A DNA stretch of 63,958 nucleotides, filler included, from Octopus bimaculoides (Eukaryota): NCBI RefSeq assembly GCF_001194135.2. It is 8 parts of 7 records of this genome, joined end to end, with 100 filler letters (N's around TTAATTAATTAA, not from the genome) between each part and the next. Parts side by side here need not be neighbours in the genome. Positions count along the whole stretch, not along the records: positions 38,188 to 42,835 come from NC_068986.1; positions 42,936 to 49,669 come from NC_069002.1; positions 49,770 to 61,288 come from NC_068988.1; 5 more parts are not named here. One strand, written 5' to 3'. The position numbers and the translations under genes are program-made. Below the pieces are notes generated by a model. The model did not search any database and was not told the DNA's origin. It worked only from the letters and a program-made list of their open reading frames with translations. Positions 38,640-51,247 of this stretch are shown piece by piece; within the stretch, counting starts at the first letter, position 1; each line of letters begins with the position of its first letter.

Positions 38640-39987
38640 CGCAATGGATCATTCTTGCCACATTGTCATGGCGTCTTTTGTATTCACGCTGTGCCAATTT
38701 TGGGCATGCGCTAACGATGTTCCATCCTGTTTCACCCCTCTCACCACACATTCTTGCTCTCTTGTTGCTATCGGTAGTGCTTTCAGTTTGTTGCTATCGC
38801 TAGTAGTGTCAATTCTGCACTTCACATAATTGGTCCTTAACGCTTGTTCCTGAGCTGCGCATATGAGTGCTTCTGTCTCTACCTTCGGACCACTTCTCCT
38901 CATCCAGATCCACTAGTCCTTTGTATCTGTCTTAACGTTCACATCTCTTGCAAACTGACCATACGTTTTCTTTTCCTTCCATGCTTTTTCTTCTTTGTTC
39001 ATTTCTTGTTTAAATTTTTCTTTCGTTACACAATTTTCAGTTCTAATGATGTCGGCCTTCTTCATGTGTTTCAACAGTGGCTCAACGGCATTTTTTATAT
39101 ACCATCCTGAGCTGTTTTCCTCTGCTGCAATACAGTCCTGGAAACTAACCAAACCTCTCCCACCCTTTCATCTGGACAAGTACAGCCTATCGGTGTCACT
39201 CTTAATGTGAAAGTCTCTGTGTACCGTCAACATTCTTCTTGTCTTGGTATCCATTTTCTTCATTTCTCTGTCAATTTCGAGCACAACACTAACCTCAGTC
39301 TTCGGAATTACTCCATCCTCTGTGGCTCTTTCATTTCCTTTTCCATTATCTCGTTGAACTCTAGTACACCAATATATTTGTATCCTTCAATTTCCTTAAT
39401 CAAGTCTCTATTCGGTAATTCTATCCCTGTTAGGGATTGTACCTTGGCTCTTTTTAAGCAGATTCCTCTGCGCTTCTTAAGTCCAAATTCCATTCTAATG
39501 TCAGTAGTAAAACAGTGGACCGTGTTCACCAAGGAACTCACTTGTGTCTCATCCTTGCCATACAGTTTCAAATCATCCATGAAGAGGAGGTGGTTGATAT
39601 TTTGAGATTTTTCCTTTGGTTGGTACCCCAAGTTCATTTTCCTGAGAACCAAGGTCAGGAGTCTCATGGAGAGAGCGGAAAGCAATGGAGGTAGGCTGTC
39701 ACCCTGGAAAATCCCTCTTCTGATACCCAGAAGATGTCAGTTCAGTTTTCCATCCCACCATACTTCTCTTCAAGAAACACGTTACATTCCTGGCAGTTTT
39801 AAACAGATCTAAGTATTCCGTGATCCATGAATGTGGAATCATATCATAAGCTTTACGATAGTCAATCCAGGCCATTCCCTGATTTGTTGTCCGTTTACAA
39901 TTTTGCATTGCCATTTTGTCTATCAATAGTTGATCTTTGGTACCTTTGCATCTCCTTCTACAGACTTTCTTTCCGGTTTGGCAAATA
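38640..39987 (-). mobile_element. R4/Dong-like non-LTR retrotransposon, RT to zinc-knuckle region, frameshifted
   Basis: [78 protein letters not shown]. Confidence 0.9.
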
Positions 39988-41275
39988 TATCTTCTATTAT
40001 AGCCTCGGGCCGACCAAATCCTTGTGAGAGGATTTGGTAGACGGAAACGGAAAGAAGTCCGTCGTATATATTTATTTATATATATATATATNNNNNNNNN
40101 NNNNNNNNNNNNNNNNNNNNNNNNNNNNNNNNNNNNNNNNNNNNNNNNNNNNNNNNNNNNNNNNNNNNNNNNNNNNNNNNNNNNNNNNNNNNNNNNNNNN
40201 NNNNNNNNNNNNNNNNNNNNNNNNNNNNNNNNNNNNNNNNNNNNNNNNNNNNNNNNNNNNNNNNNNNNNNNNNNNNNNNNNNNNNNNNNNNNNNNNNNNN
40301 NNNNNNNNNNNNNNNNNNNNNNNNNNNNNNNNNNNNNNNNNNNNNNNNNNNNNNNNNNNNNNNNNNNNNNNNNNNNNNNNNNNNNNNNNNNNNNNNNNNN
40401 NNNNNNNNNNNNNNNNNNNNNNNNNNNNNNNNNNNNNNNNNNNNNNNNNNNNNNNNNNNNNNNNNNNNNNNNNNNNNNNNNNNNNNNNNNNNNNNNNNNN
40501 NNNNNNNNNNNNNNNNNNNNNNNNNNNNNNNNNNNNNNNNNNNNNNNNNNNNNNNNNNNNNNNNNNNNNNNNNNNNNNNNNNNNNNNNNNNNNNNNNNNN
40601 NNNNNNNNNNNNNNNNNNNNNNNNNNNNNNNNNNNNNNNNNNNNNNNNNNNNNNNNNNNNNNNNNNNNNNNNNNNNNNNNNNNNNNNNNNNNNNNNNNNN
40701 NNNNNNNNNNNNNNNNNNNNNNNNNNNNNNNNNNNNNNNNNNNNNNNNNNNNNNNNNNNNNNNNNNNNNNNNNNNNNNNNNNNNNNNNNNNNNNNNNNNN
40801 NNNNNNNNNNNNNNNNNNNNNNNNNNNNNNNNNNNNNNNNNNNNNNNNNNNNNNNNNNNNNNNNNNNNNNNNNNNNNNNNNNNNNNNNNNNNNNNNNNNN
40901 NNNNNNNNNNNNNNNNNNNNNNNNNNNNNNNNNNNNNNNNNNNNNNNNNNNNNNNNNNNNNNNNNNNNNNNNNNNNNNNNNNNNNNNNNNNNNNNNNNNN
41001 NNNNNNNNNNNNNNNNNNNNNNNNNNNNNNTATATATATATATATATATATGGGGAGTCTATTTGTCTGTGTTTGCCTTCTACCACCACTTGACAACCGG
41101 GATTGGTGTGTTAACGTCGCCGTATCCAAGCGGTTCGGCTTAAAAAAATACTATGGAATACGTACGTGGCTTAGAAAAAGAAAATCAATAGTGGAGTCAA
41201 TTGATTCGACTAGAAAATTCTTCAAATCGGTGCTCCAGCATGGCCGTAGTGAAATGCCTGAAACAAGTAAAAGAA
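39988..41275 (+). mobile_element. SINE family B copy (or two) spanning a 940-N gap
   Basis: Head part ATAGCCTCGGGCCGACCAAA... before the gap; tail GGTGCTCCAGCATGGCCG...GAAACAAGTAAAAG after it. Confidence 0.65.
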
Positions 41276-41547
41276 AAAAGATACTAATACCACGAATAAT
41301 ATTACTACTGTTGCTGCTGCTGCTACTTAGAATCGCTGCCAGTGGGAAAGGAATTAAACAATTTCAAAGGAAGGAACGTTTAAAAGCTTCCTTTCTGAGC
41401 GTTTTCAATTATTTATTAGGTTATTTACTGAGGTTGTTGTCTTTCTGTTTCTTGTTGTTGCTGTTGTTGCTTTCATCAAAACATCGGTTTCTGTCTTGCT
41501 TCCAGCTTCTTAGAAAACTGGCGAAAATAACAGTAAAAGAACAAGGA

Positions 41548-42035
41548 ACTGTGTGTGTGCGAGTGTGTGCGCTTGTGTGTGTATGTGTACGTGTGTGTGT
41601 GTGTTTGTGTATGTGTTTGTGTATGTTTTTGTGCATGCGTGTGTGTTTGTGTGTGTGCGTGTTCGTGTGTGTGCGTGTTCGTGCGTGTGCGTGTGTTTGT
41701 GAGTGTGTGTGTGTGCACGTGTGTGTGTGTGAGTGTGTATGCGTGTATGTGTGTGCAGATGTGTGTGTGCATGTGTGTGTGTGTGCGCGTGTGTTTGTAT
41801 ATGTGCGCGTGTGCGTGCGTGCGCGCGTGTGTGTGTGTATGTATGTATATGCGTGCATGTGTGCGTGTGTGTGTGTGAGCGTGTATGTGTGTGCAGATGT
41901 GTGTGTGTGTGATTATGTGCGTGCATGTGTGTGAGCATGTATCTGTGTATGCGCGCGTGTGTGTGTATATGTGCGCGTGTGTGTGCGCCTGTGTGTGCGC
42001 GCACGCGAGCGTGTGTGTGTGTATGTGTATGTGTG
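41548..42035. repeat. Compound degenerate (TG)n microsatellite
   Basis: Direct inspection. Confidence 0.9.
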
Positions 42036-42935
42036 TTTTTTATTTATGTGACTATAACAATTTAACAAATGCAAAAACAAACTAAACATCTCACATATAA
42101 AATCAGAGTAATGAAGTCGAGAGAGAGAAAGAGTCTTCGTTGTTCGCTTGTAGCTAAATAATAATTCCTAGCAACACTTAGTCTCACTAACTCCAGACTA
42201 AACATTACCAAATATTATAACAACGATTCCATGTCATAAAGTACACAAACAATATGCAACAATTCAATTATTTTAATATTTAATGTGAAAATTAGTGCAG
42301 CTTCTCTTCTTTCTTTGTTTCGTTACCGTAGAATTTATTTCGATTTTCTACATTATATTAATATAGTTCATATTTATGTTACTTAGCATGTTTGTTATAT
42401 CTGATGGAGTTATTTATAATTTGTTCAACATTACATTCTTCCCGCTTTCCTTTCTTTTTTCCTTTTGTCTCCTTTCCTGTTAGACATTATCGATCCTACC
42501 CCACGAAATAATAAATAAGGAAAATATGTTAATAATAATATTAAATTTTTTTTTCTACCTCCTTTATAAGATATCTTTTGTGAGATAAAATATTTGGATA
42601 AGAATGTGACATGGATAAAACGTAATTGCTTATGACATTCGGGTAATAAACCTGTAAACTGGTGGGGTAGGGTAGAGATGCTTTATATAATTAAAGTGGA
42701 AACTATAATTTATGCAGCATTGAAGATCGTCTTAGCATAGATTAATGTAGCAGAGACGGAATATGTAGCAGCAGGTATTAAACATTAAATTTAATCGTGT
42801 GATACTTGCCACAAATATATATATATATATATATANNNNNNNNNNNNNNNNNNNNNNNNNNNNNNNNNNNNNNNNNNNNTTAATTAATTAANNNNNNNNN
42901 NNNNNNNNNNNNNNNNNNNNNNNNNNNNNNNNNNN

Positions 42936-42972
<37 letters not shown>

Positions 42973-43074
42973 GATTATTTTAAGGGAGAAAATCGAAACA
43001 TGACTTTTCTCCTTCACACTGAATGAATGTCTAAACATTACGAAGCCACCGAGAAAAATTCCATATTGGTAAAT

Positions 43075-43915
43075 GTATTCATGGTCTACATCTTCGATCT
43101 GGAATCTTCGTTTTGTCCAGAATATCAAGGAACTGGAAGCAGTCCACAAACTTAAATCCAGGCAAATACCTTTCTCACCCACTTATATCTTAAATGTATA
43201 TCTTTTCTGGAAATCGATACACAAATTCTTCCAACAACAATTGTGACCACCTCTGGAAGGGAATATCTCTTCCACCCTCAGTCATGTTTATAAAATAATA
43301 TTTAAAAAACAGTGTAGGACCCATGACCTTCAGAAGCTATTTCTTTATGGTCAGAATTTTCAAAGCACAGAATAAACAATCAAAAATGGTTGTTAGTAGC
43401 CAGAACCCTTTATCCTTCAAAAATTCCACATTTCCCAAAATTCGCCAACCCAACTTCTGATGTTCCTGTGCATTCTTACTATTTTAATGGCTCTTTTACT
43501 CTTCCCTGTTCTGTCTTTATGTATTTCATCCTTTGTACTATGGCATGCACTTTAGTCTACCATTGGGGGTCTTTCTTTACATGAGTTATTGCTGCTTTCT
43601 GTCCTTTCATAGTGGGGGTGGTAAATAGAACAATATTTAGGGAGATTAATACAAATTTACTATTTCATTGTAGATGAATAAGTCTTTCTTATTAAGCCTA
43701 AGACGTCTGACTTTGTTACAATCTCAATTTTGTCTGACTGAAGGAAGGGAAAAACAAATTAATTGAGAGACTCCCTAGTATATTACTGTTACACGATATC
43801 AAATATGAAGTGAAAGAGAACATGAACAAGATTGCCAGTGTGCGAGATATGGTAGGAGATACACAGGTAAATAACAGAAACCATCTAATCAAACTATCTG
43901 TAGAGATTAGACCAT
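43075..43915 (+). mobile_element. Old CR1/L2-like LINE RT fragments
   Basis: SIWNLRFVQNIKELEAVH and YFFMVRIFKAQNKQSKMVVSSQNPLSFK (CR1 C-terminal pattern); YEVKENMNKIASVRDMVG. Confidence 0.55.
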
Positions 43916-45589
43916 AAAAGGGTGTGTAAAGTAATTGAACAGGCGAAGATCTCTGAAGGATCAAGACCTTTGGGAATAATTGTGTAGATTCTAAATACTT
44001 CAGACAGGATTTTAGTTATATGATATTCACTGATAAAGCTCATGAAATTCTACAATGATGTGTTGTCTCTGATGTCTGAGGTAGCAGAACTTCCATCAGC
44101 TGCTATAATGAAGAAGGAAATTTGAGCGTGAGACAGACAGAGAGACAGACAAGAGAGAGAGTGGTGGGGATTGAATGTCTGAACCAAAACATGGATCCTT
44201 GGATGTTGTTAGTCTAATGAGATAGCAGCATGAGATCTATTGACAAAGAATGAAAACACATCTACTTTGAAATGCTTGAGTTAGAGAATGGTTTTAGAGA
44301 AGGGCCCCATATTCTATCGGCAGTTGATCGCAGAGAAAGGGAGGTGAAGGAGGCACAGGACGACTGTTCAATTCATGCATAAGCTCAGGGAAGATCTTGA
44401 AAACCTCTTTATGACAGTCACTGCTAACTGGCAGACATTCATCCATCATTAAAATAACATATATGATGGTCATTAAGAAAGTAAAGGATGTTTTTTTTCT
44501 ACATTTCACCATCCGTCAGCTCTCTTAACTCTGAAATTAAAGCCACGTTTTCTGATCTCTTACCAAGAGAATCTCCAAAAATTTGACAGAATCATTCTTC
44601 CCACCACTCCCTAACCATGGTGACCGAATACCAGTAATTTTCAAGCAATTTTAACTATGGCCCCTTTTCTTTTTATTAACAGTTTTTCAATGCCCTCTTC
44701 TATTGCTGCTGTGTTTCAATGGCTCTCACTTTTAATATTCATACGTTTAATACCAGGTCAGAGTAATTTAGTTTTGGGTACTAGTCTTTATGTGGGTGAC
44801 TACTTACCATAGCACCACCCCACAATAATTGAATATCTGATGCACTACCTCTTCACTTTAGTTTCTGATGCAACCTTTAGCATTTGACTTCAGCCAAACC
44901 CAGGTACACATTCTTTGGGTTTCATATATACATACCCTCATTGTCCCCTTTGTCCCCAATATACATATGAAATCTTCCACTGCCGCCACCTAGGAACAGT
45001 ATTACCTGATTTGAGAAGCCCTGCTCTATATTCTCGTAGACAGTGTCTCATCTGCTGACTACCATCCTGTTATTCTAATTTTGAATATTTCAGTTATGAA
45101 GTAAAATATCATAAACAACCACCATCTTTATCCCTTTGGTTATCTTTCTCTATTCAGTGAGCACCAGTTCATTTCTATAAAGCCAGATCAACAGAGTTTT
45201 GATCCTTATGTGTGACACACCAGTGTTTTCATATGTTTGACATCTTCTCCAAAAGAAATGGTGTAGCCCTTGACAACAATAAAACCATCCACCTATTGAC
45301 TCCCTCTGTCTCTCGTCTCTTGTACTGAATATTTCCTGTCAGAATATTCCATCGCAGTGTGTGATGATGGGCTTCTCTCTCACTCACATTCCATCAATTC
45401 TGACATCCATCAAAGTTTCGTTAAATATTTATAAAAAGTTAACAATGATGTGGATTAGAGGAAAGATGCAAAGAGAGTTATGAAATATCATGGACAAATA
45501 CATGTGGTTTGTTAGGAACATTTCAAATTGTGAATAAAACAAGAAATGAATAGTCAAACTTTGAGAAGATAATACAAAAAACAACTTAC

Positions 45590-45690
45590 CTTTTGTGGGT
45601 ATTTTTGGATAAATTCCACTATGAATTGAATATTATCACTCATAATTTGTTTTATGTTCTCATCAACCTCCATGTCTGGAATAAAATATG
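45590..45690 (-). CDS. Candidate internal exon of an unidentified minus-strand gene (xYFIPDMEVDENIKQIMSDNIQFIVEFIQKYPQK)
   Basis: Acceptor tttcagtttctttcttttttag, donor AAG|gtaagt, 101 nt, only one frame open. Confidence 0.45.
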
Positions 45691-46199
45691 CTAAAAAAGA
45701 AAGAAACTGAAACTGTTTTTAAAATTTCCTTAATTTCAACAATATACAGAAGACAATGGCTCTAAAACATCACAAAAAAGACCTAAATATTGGAAAGTTC
45801 AGTTTATCTAAAGTATTATTTATAGCTGAATGTTCTTTCTGGCACTAATAAACCTAACAACAGTCATTGTGTTTTGTCTCTAGGTTTAACTTCATTATTT
45901 TGCTCATTACAGTGTGATTGGTCACAATTAAACAATCTGTTCATCAACTAGGGGGAGACACCATATATGTTGAATTATGGATCATACCTCAGCTTTGCAG
46001 GCTTGGGCAAGACTCTTCATGTTCCTGTTGCTTCAGTCTAATGAGTTGAAAACTACTACCAGCCTCTACAGCTTTACCACCCTCCATCGTTGATGGGCCA
46101 CTGGCTGGAAGGCTGTCAGAGTTGAGAAGGTGTATATATTGCTAGCGGAGAAGCATAGTTTTCTGATCTCTTGTTACTCTTTACTCTTTACTCTTTACT

Positions 46200-46620
46200 C
46201 TTTACTCTTTTACTTGTTTCAGTCATTTGACTGCGGCCATGCTGGAGCACAGCCTTTAGTCGAGCAAATCGACCCCAGGACTTATTCTTAGGATGCCTAG
46301 TACTTATTCTATTGGTCTCTTTTGCCGAACCGCTAAGTTACGGGGATCTAAACACACCACCATCGGTTGTCAAGCGATGTTAGGGGGCATGACCGCAGCC
46401 ACTTGGCTGAAACACATAAATAAATAAATAAATATACATATATATATATATACATATATACGACAGGCTTCTTTCAGTTTCCGTCTACCAAATCCACTCA
46501 CAAGGCTTTGGTTGGCCCGAGGCTATAGTAGAAGACACTTGCCAAAGGTGCCATGCAGTGGGACTGAACCCGGGACCATGTGGTTGGTAAGCAAGCTACT
46601 TACCTCACAGCAGCTCCTGC
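46200..46620 (-). mobile_element. SINE family B, near full-length
   Basis: High similarity to 31410-31842; (TTTACTC)n tail. Confidence 0.9.
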
Positions 46621-46935
46621 ACCTGAAAGTTCCCAGAATCTACCCGGCCATTCACCTGCACATTGTAACCATCTTGGTGGTATGTGCATGAAACAAGATG
46701 TTGTTGCTCCTATTAATCTTCAGATCACTGCATCTGAGATTACTTACCCTTTTGGTTCAAAAATATCTTTGTGGCAGTATGTTAGCACAAGGTGGCTGCT
46801 GACAAACGGCTTGGACTTTTTTGCATTACATTGCACGCTGTTTTCTCCATCCCTTTCTATATATATACTTATTTGTGAGTTTGTGTGTGTGTGTGTACGT
46901 GTGTGTGTGTGCATGCATGTGTGCGTGCGTGCGTG

Positions 46936-46972
<37 letters not shown>

Positions 46973-47710
46973 ATATCATTCCACCGCGTCACTGGGTGAA
47001 CATATTCTTAAGGTCTATTTTTATTTACTTGCAAGCTATTTATAGTCTTCATCACTAATTCAGTTTTTAGGCAAACAAAATGCAGTTCTTTAGCAAGAGT
47101 GGTTCAGTCCTCAGCAACATTTTCAGATGAAATAATTGAAATTTTGTTCATTCAAAAATGAGAAAAGAAGGCAGAGAACTGACTTTAAATTACTTTAAAA
47201 GAAAAACATAAATTATATAGGTTTAAAAGAATCTGATCATTGAGAAAAATCTTTTAATGAAAACCTCCTAAAAGGTATTAGCTAGGATGTAAAGTTGTGA
47301 GGTTTTAAGTAATGAAACAATGGTAACTCCTAAAATTGATTTGGATCAAAATATTTCAAATATGGTTGCAAAACTCTATTCAATAACTGTACTCAAAAGA
47401 AGGAGCTATTGGTGGGGGTGGGGAGAATCTTATAGCGAAAACCTCGTCAAAAAATATTGACTACAAAGAAGTAGTGTGGATTAAATTGATGGAAAAGGTG
47501 ATCATTGTAACAAATTAAAATATCTTTATCAGTTTATGATATTTAGCATTATAAAAGACAACGTTTGATGGCATGGGTTGGTCAGCTTATTGGTAAAGAG
47601 GGGTTTAAAAGATATGGGGGTCCAGTTCTTTGTAGCAGCTAACTTAGTCAACTTTTCTTTTCCCATTTTCTGATGACAATTAGCTGATCTAGAAGATTAG
47701 CATCCATATG

Positions 47711-47747
<37 letters not shown>

Positions 47748-48160
47748 TATCTTCCCTCTTTTCTTTTTTTTCGCTCTCCGTCTCTCACATTTCCTGGTAT
47801 TCTCATTCTTTTATCTCTTTACTTTCCTTCGTTATCTCCCTTGTACCTTTCCCTCTGTCCCTTCCTCTCTCTCTCTCCCTCTAGTTCCTACCTTAACTCT
47901 TTAATCCCTCTGCCCCTACCTCTCTCTCTGTTCCTTCCATGTGACAGTTATTCGGCCAAGCATGATCTCCCTTTCTCGGCCTGAGAATATACCTTATTTT
48001 CCTGTCTCCTGACTTTCATCTATGTTTTTGTCTCAAGCCTTTCACTCCACGCTTGACTTAACTTGTCCATATTAGTCGAAAGACACCTGTTGTTATTTTC
48101 GTGTTGTTTGTATTTGTGATCGTGTGACATTTTCTCCATTTTCTTATTTTTTTCTGTGTT

Positions 48161-49075
48161 GTCTCCAATAGATGTAAGACCGAAAATATAGTTTACCAAT
48201 GCGACGTACACACACACAGCCATATTAGATCTTACATTGGGAGGACGAAATACCAAATATGGCTTAGATATAATGAGCACCTATCTAGCTTTAGAAATAG
48301 AAATAAGACAAATTCAACAGGACTTAGTAGGTATATCTGGGAACTAAACGACAATAAGATAGAATATAAACTAAAGTGGCACATACTAAAAGTAGCTAAT
48401 TCCTATAACCCAACTAACAGACGCTGTGACCTCTGTCTAACTGAGCGTCTCAAAATCCTAACGGCTAGGAATGAACTTTTAAACAGGAGATATGAATGTA
48501 GCCCAATTTGTCTTCACGCTAATAAATACTCATTTTCTAAGTATAATTAAATATGTAATACATTCCACTTCCTAAGTATAATTAAATATGTAAAAAAGAA
48601 TTTTCCTTTTCTAAGTATAATTGATTATAATTAAATAGTAAAAAGTCCAGAGTTAGCCCCCTTTTCACCTAAATTTAGGGTTGCTCCCCTTTACTAACAC
48701 CGCCGTTGCTGCAAATATACGACACATACCTCAATCCTCACATGGAAATGTATTTGATTAAAATCGGAATTATGAGCTTAAATAGCACTCATCCTACATC
48801 TCCCTCCAGGAAGACCAACCCAACTTCAACTAAAACGTAAGGCTACCTAACGCTATTATTATACCACCATATGCATTAATATATCCACTAATTGTTCCTC
48901 CTACATCTCTCACACCATGAACTCTTAACATACTCCTCAACATTCTGAAGAGATCTGCCAAACCATTTGGCAAATTGAAACGTGCGTAAATGACTCATTA
49001 TATAATCTCCACATAATTAAACAATGGCTAACTAGCCCAACCGAATTGCTTCTTCTTGTGTTTTGTTTCTCCATT
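48161..49075 (+). mobile_element. Penelope-like element 3' end: GIY-YIG endonuclease (open frame 48161-48550), 3' UTR and hammerhead
   Basis: CKTENIVYQCDV...SYIGRT...RYNEHLSSFR...STGLSRYIWEL...KWHIL...RCDLCLTER...LLNRRYE; 130 codons ending in TAA at 48548-48550. Confidence 0.9.
48941..48992 (+). ncRNA. Type I hammerhead ribozyme motif
   Basis: CAUU-CUGAAGA-GAUCUGCCAAA-CCA-UUUGGCAAAUU-GAAA-CGUGCG-UA^AAUG; 4-bp stem I; stem II has one C-A mismatch and a G.U closing pair. Confidence 0.65.
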
Positions 49076-49079
49076 CTCC

Positions 49080-49769
49080 ACATAAATATATATATATATA
49101 TGGGAGAATGTACGAAAAAACAACAACAGACGCGGACAGGTGGTGTAAATAACAAAAGGATGTATTAGTATGACGCTCAGGAATACGGAAAGTCTTTGAC
49201 GTTTCGAGCTACGCTCTTCAACAGAAAGAATACGGAGACAAGGAGAAAAACACGGAGAAAAAAAATTGAATAGTGTTCAGTCAACGGTCAATCATAATAA
49301 TGGCTAATAACGGCTGACCGGAAGTTAGAAATTCTTTTTTCAGGAGAGCTAAGAAAAGGGGGAGATAACAAACGGTGATCGAAGAACGAGGGGCTGTGTG
49401 TGGGAGATAGAATGCTGGTGATCTTGACGTATGTAGTGTGAAAATGGGGAGGGGAGAAAGCAGTTGGCCAGTTGTAGTGTGTGCGTGGTGTGATGTGAGG
49501 GTATTGGTGTGATCTGATGTGAGGGTGTTGGGAGGTGGGGAAAGCATGTAAGGAATTGGATGGGGTGGAGTGGGAAGGTAGAGTAGGAGTGTGTTGGGGT
49601 GTGGTGGGATGAGCTCATGAGGGGGTGTTGACGATGGAGGGGGAAGGGGAAGGTGGATGTAAGAGAGGGNNNNNNNNNNNNNNNNNNNNNNNNNNNNNNN
49701 NNNNNNNNNNNNNTTAATTAATTAANNNNNNNNNNNNNNNNNNNNNNNNNNNNNNNNNNNNNNNNNNNN

Positions 49770-49826
<57 letters not shown>

Positions 49827-49868
49827 GTTATTGTTATTATTGTTATTATTATTATCATCATCATCATT

Positions 49869-49916
<48 letters not shown>

Positions 49917-51050
49917 AGTAGTAGTAGTAGTAGTAAAATTATTAACATCGGTATTAGTTGCGGTGCTATTGGTATCAACATTCGCCTCAGCTACACTTCG
50001 ACCTTCATAGGAAGCGGTGATGTTTGTATCTTGGTTAATTCTGGTTGTAGTGCTAGTGTTGCGCGTGTGGTGTATGCCATCAATGTTGGTAGTAGTGTTT
50101 TCGTTGTATTGACCTATGTTAAGATAATATATATGTAGGTAGTAGGAGATAAGTTTACTTTTATTGGAAGAGATAACAATAGATTCGACAATGGACTGAG
50201 AGGAGTAGGATAATTTTAGAGTAGATCTATTGAAGATTGAATGGTAATTATAGTAACGTGGGAAGTTAGAGAATTGTAGTTGAAAGAAAGTTTTGGCTAA
50301 GCTCTTAACGTTTAAAGCGAATTGGTGTGTAAACCAGAGAATCGATCTACACCCGCTTTTGTTAAGCAATATAGGGGAAGTATAATCTATAGGTTTCTAT
50401 CGTCTGTTTTATTTTGTCTATCTATAGTAGAGGGGTCAATTTGTTGAGTAGTGCGGCATACCCCTTCAGGACTTAGTTTAGCGATGTGTTTCATAAGCCG
50501 AGGGTATGCCATGAATTTAACTTGCTAGGAGAAGACACTTGCAGTTAGTGTGTACCTGGTTATAGTATGTAGCTTGGTTATTGAAGATTTTCTCCGTGGT
50601 TGAGAGATCAGATATCCGGATAGATATGCCTTTGATTATACTATCGACGTTACATTTATGGTGATTAGAGTCTGTTAATGTATCTGACGTATTGATTAGT
50701 ATTACGGTAGTGGGAGTATAGTGAAGATCTTAAATCTAATGTAACATCTAGAAAGTTAACTGTTTTGCAAATGTTTTCAAAGGAGTTAGACAAATTAAAA
50801 TTAGCACAGAATTTATGTTTTTTCTAGTCTTCTCTTTAATTCGGAAGAATTTATCAATGTGTGTAGCTCGGCACCAAAGCTTATCATCGAAGGAGATGAG
50901 TGTCTTCCTGGCAACTAGAATTATGTCTATTTCTAAGGGGTCAGGTTAGTTAGGTTTTCAGATAGAATGAGAGCTTTCTTAAGAAGGATAGGTGATACAG
51001 AACCGTAATATTTGTTGATATCAAATTGTAGACATGAGCCCACCTGTGTT
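49080..51050 (-). mobile_element. Second Penelope-like element (decayed RT, linker and terminal region)
   Basis: VNFLDVTLDL at 50760-50731; linker SILWFTHQFALNVKSLAKTFFQL...FPRYYNYHSIFNRSTLKLSYS; hammerhead-like motif at 49229-49193; interrupted by a gap and (AAT/AAC)n. Confidence 0.8.
49193..49229 (-). ncRNA. Minimal hammerhead motif with variant core CUGUUGA
   Basis: UCUUU-CUGUUGA-A-GAGC-GUA-GCUC-GAAA-C-GUC^AAAGA; all stems intact, A6 replaced by U. Confidence 0.55.
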
Positions 51051-51171
51051 CTATCTTTACTCTTTACTCTTTTATTTCTTCTTTATTCTTATATTTCATT
51101 CCTTATAAACTGTGAATCTCTTTTATTCCTTGTAAACTGTAAATTTTCCCAGTCTTAAATATTCATAACTT

Positions 51172-51247
51172 GTCTCTGATGACAGAACACCCAGTGCGTG
51201 GACATGCTATCCTACCACTTGGGTGATCGCAGAGACAGCTGTGGGAC
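51172..51247 (+). pseudogene. Degenerate hammerhead motif
   Basis: GUCU-CUGAUGA...ACCCAGUG...CACUUGGGU...GAGA-CAGCUG-UG-GGAC; GAAA changed to GAGA and the triplet to GUG. Confidence 0.45.

Noticed and set aside
29462-39987. R4-type fragments as one disrupted element
   Set aside because: On the minus strand the order is RT/C-terminal, RT start, N-terminal, the reverse of a single element; they are independent insertions.
46748-46857. Minus-strand exon candidate (RDGENSVQCNAKKSKPFVSSHLVLTYCHKDIFEPK) with a strong donor
   Set aside because: Its open frame ends in phase 2, incompatible with the 45690 exon, and its acceptor is in a TA microsatellite.
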